DNA of 63,373 nt, filler included, from Octopus bimaculoides (lineage: Eukaryota), in NCBI RefSeq assembly GCF_001194135.2. It is 7 parts of 5 records of this genome, joined end to end, with 100 filler letters (N's around TTAATTAATTAA, not from the genome) between each part and the next. Parts side by side here need not be neighbours in the genome. Positions count along the whole stretch, not along the records: positions 61,408 to 63,373 come from NW_026404260.1; 6 more parts are not named here. The stretch is one strand, 5' to 3'. The position numbers and the translations under genes were made by a program. The notes under the pieces are model-generated. The model did not search any database. It was not told where the DNA came from and saw nothing but the letters and a program-made list of their open reading frames with translations. Below are positions 62,404 through 63,373 of the stretch, piece after piece (positions within the stretch are counted from its first letter, which is position 1; each line of letters starts with the position of its first letter).

Positions 62404-62578
62404 AACAACAAACAAGATGAGGACAAATATCCGTCAAATGTAAATAATGTAAATAATGTAAATAATGTAAATAATGTACATAATTCCTCATCTCTTAAAT
62501 ATAGAACTGTATTATAAAATATCTGATTCAGTCCGAATGACAAATGAAATACGTCACTCGCAGTCCGAGACCGCAGGA

Positions 62579-62905
62579 GTTGCCTGCCTGACGAGTCATC
62601 CTCTAGGAACTGACCCATGATCGGGAATTCCTTTACAACCTTTGTAAAAGCTCTCATAGAGGACAGTGGCTAGTTGCCTGCGAGACGAATCATCCTCTAG
62701 GAACCGACCCATGATTGGTTGAAGTAGGAGCCTTCTTCTAACACCTTTGCTAAAACCCTGGTGGCGAATAGTGGTGACGTCACTGTTGGTTGCCTGCCAG
62801 ACGAGTCATCCTCGAGGAAACGATCAGTGATTGGTTGACGTATGGGCATTCTTCTAAAATCTTTGTAAAAACCCTCACGGAGGACAGTGGTAACGTGACT
62901 GCTGA
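62579..62905 (+). repeat. Three diverged tandem units of about 95-115 bp, GC-richer than the flanks
   Basis: Each starts gttgcctgc..gacga.tcatcctc.aggaa (62579, 62673, 62789). Confidence 0.85.
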
Positions 62906-63373
62906 CGAAGTTAAGGCTCTGATGTTGAAAAGGAATGTGCTGCGAAGAGGCCCTTCAAAGAATCCAACGCGAGTGCAATGAGTCTCTAGATATTGCTGAT
63001 AATGAGGAGGAGATGGAAGGGGAAGTTGGATGAGGAGGATGTTAATATTGTAAATCCATCAATAACGATAATCGCTTCTGTGTATGCGCAAGTGTGTACT
63101 CGAGTGTGCGTGAGGGCAGTAGAGAAGTGAGGATGTGTGCGCGTGTATCTGAATAGATGGGTGTGCATGTATGGGGGTGTGCGTGGGATGGGGGTGGGGG
63201 GGCCGATTGATATAAATCTAATGAAAATGGAGGAATTCTGTGTGATTTTGGTTCGTGTCGCTGCTGCATGCTTCGTTTTTAATTACGAAGCTGTGCTAAG
63301 TGCTCGAACATAATATTACGTGTTCACATTACAACCAGAACAAACACAAACATATATCTACACACACACACAC

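Larger units (their letters stand above)
62249..62510. mobile_element. Penelope-like terminal region with an inverted duplication (79-bp arms)
   Basis: 62249-62327 is the reverse complement of 62354-62432; same family as 2398-2560. Confidence 0.75.

Noticed and set aside
62590-62620. CUGACGA-GUCA...UGAC as another hammerhead
   Set aside because: No GAAA after the stem, and the motif is not kept in the other two repeat units.

Overview
AT-rich, microsatellite-dense eukaryotic scaffold DNA. The SINE/LINE complement and gene fragments are most consistent with an octopod cephalopod (inference from repeat style; not verifiable here). Six 100-bp gaps contain an artificial six-frame-stop linker (TTAATTAATTAA), so adjacency across them is unreliable. 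Two conserved genes are recognisable, both partial. RPS8 has a TCT/5'TOP start and coding exons 1-3 at 58.1-59.6 kb. SNRNP200/Brr2 has only coding exon 1, at 43429-43473. A signal-peptide first exon of an unknown secreted or membrane protein is likely at 18499-18582 (-). The rest is mostly mobile DNA: four tRNA-derived SINE families; RTE, CR1-like, Tx1 and R4/Dong-like LINE remnants; several Penelope-like element (PLE) remnants; Tc1, piggyBac and Helitron ends; MITEs and fold-backs. I found no CRISPR, rRNA or true tRNA genes and no convincing novel multi-gene system. The most interesting signal is a set of minimal type-I hammerhead ribozyme motifs from at least two PLE-type families. It includes an inverted pair at 62249-62432 with an extra-A core and a CUGUUGA variant that recurs in two families. 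Next come several long fold-backs and candidate structured RNAs in the RPS8 introns. Coordinates of degenerate repeats are approximate.
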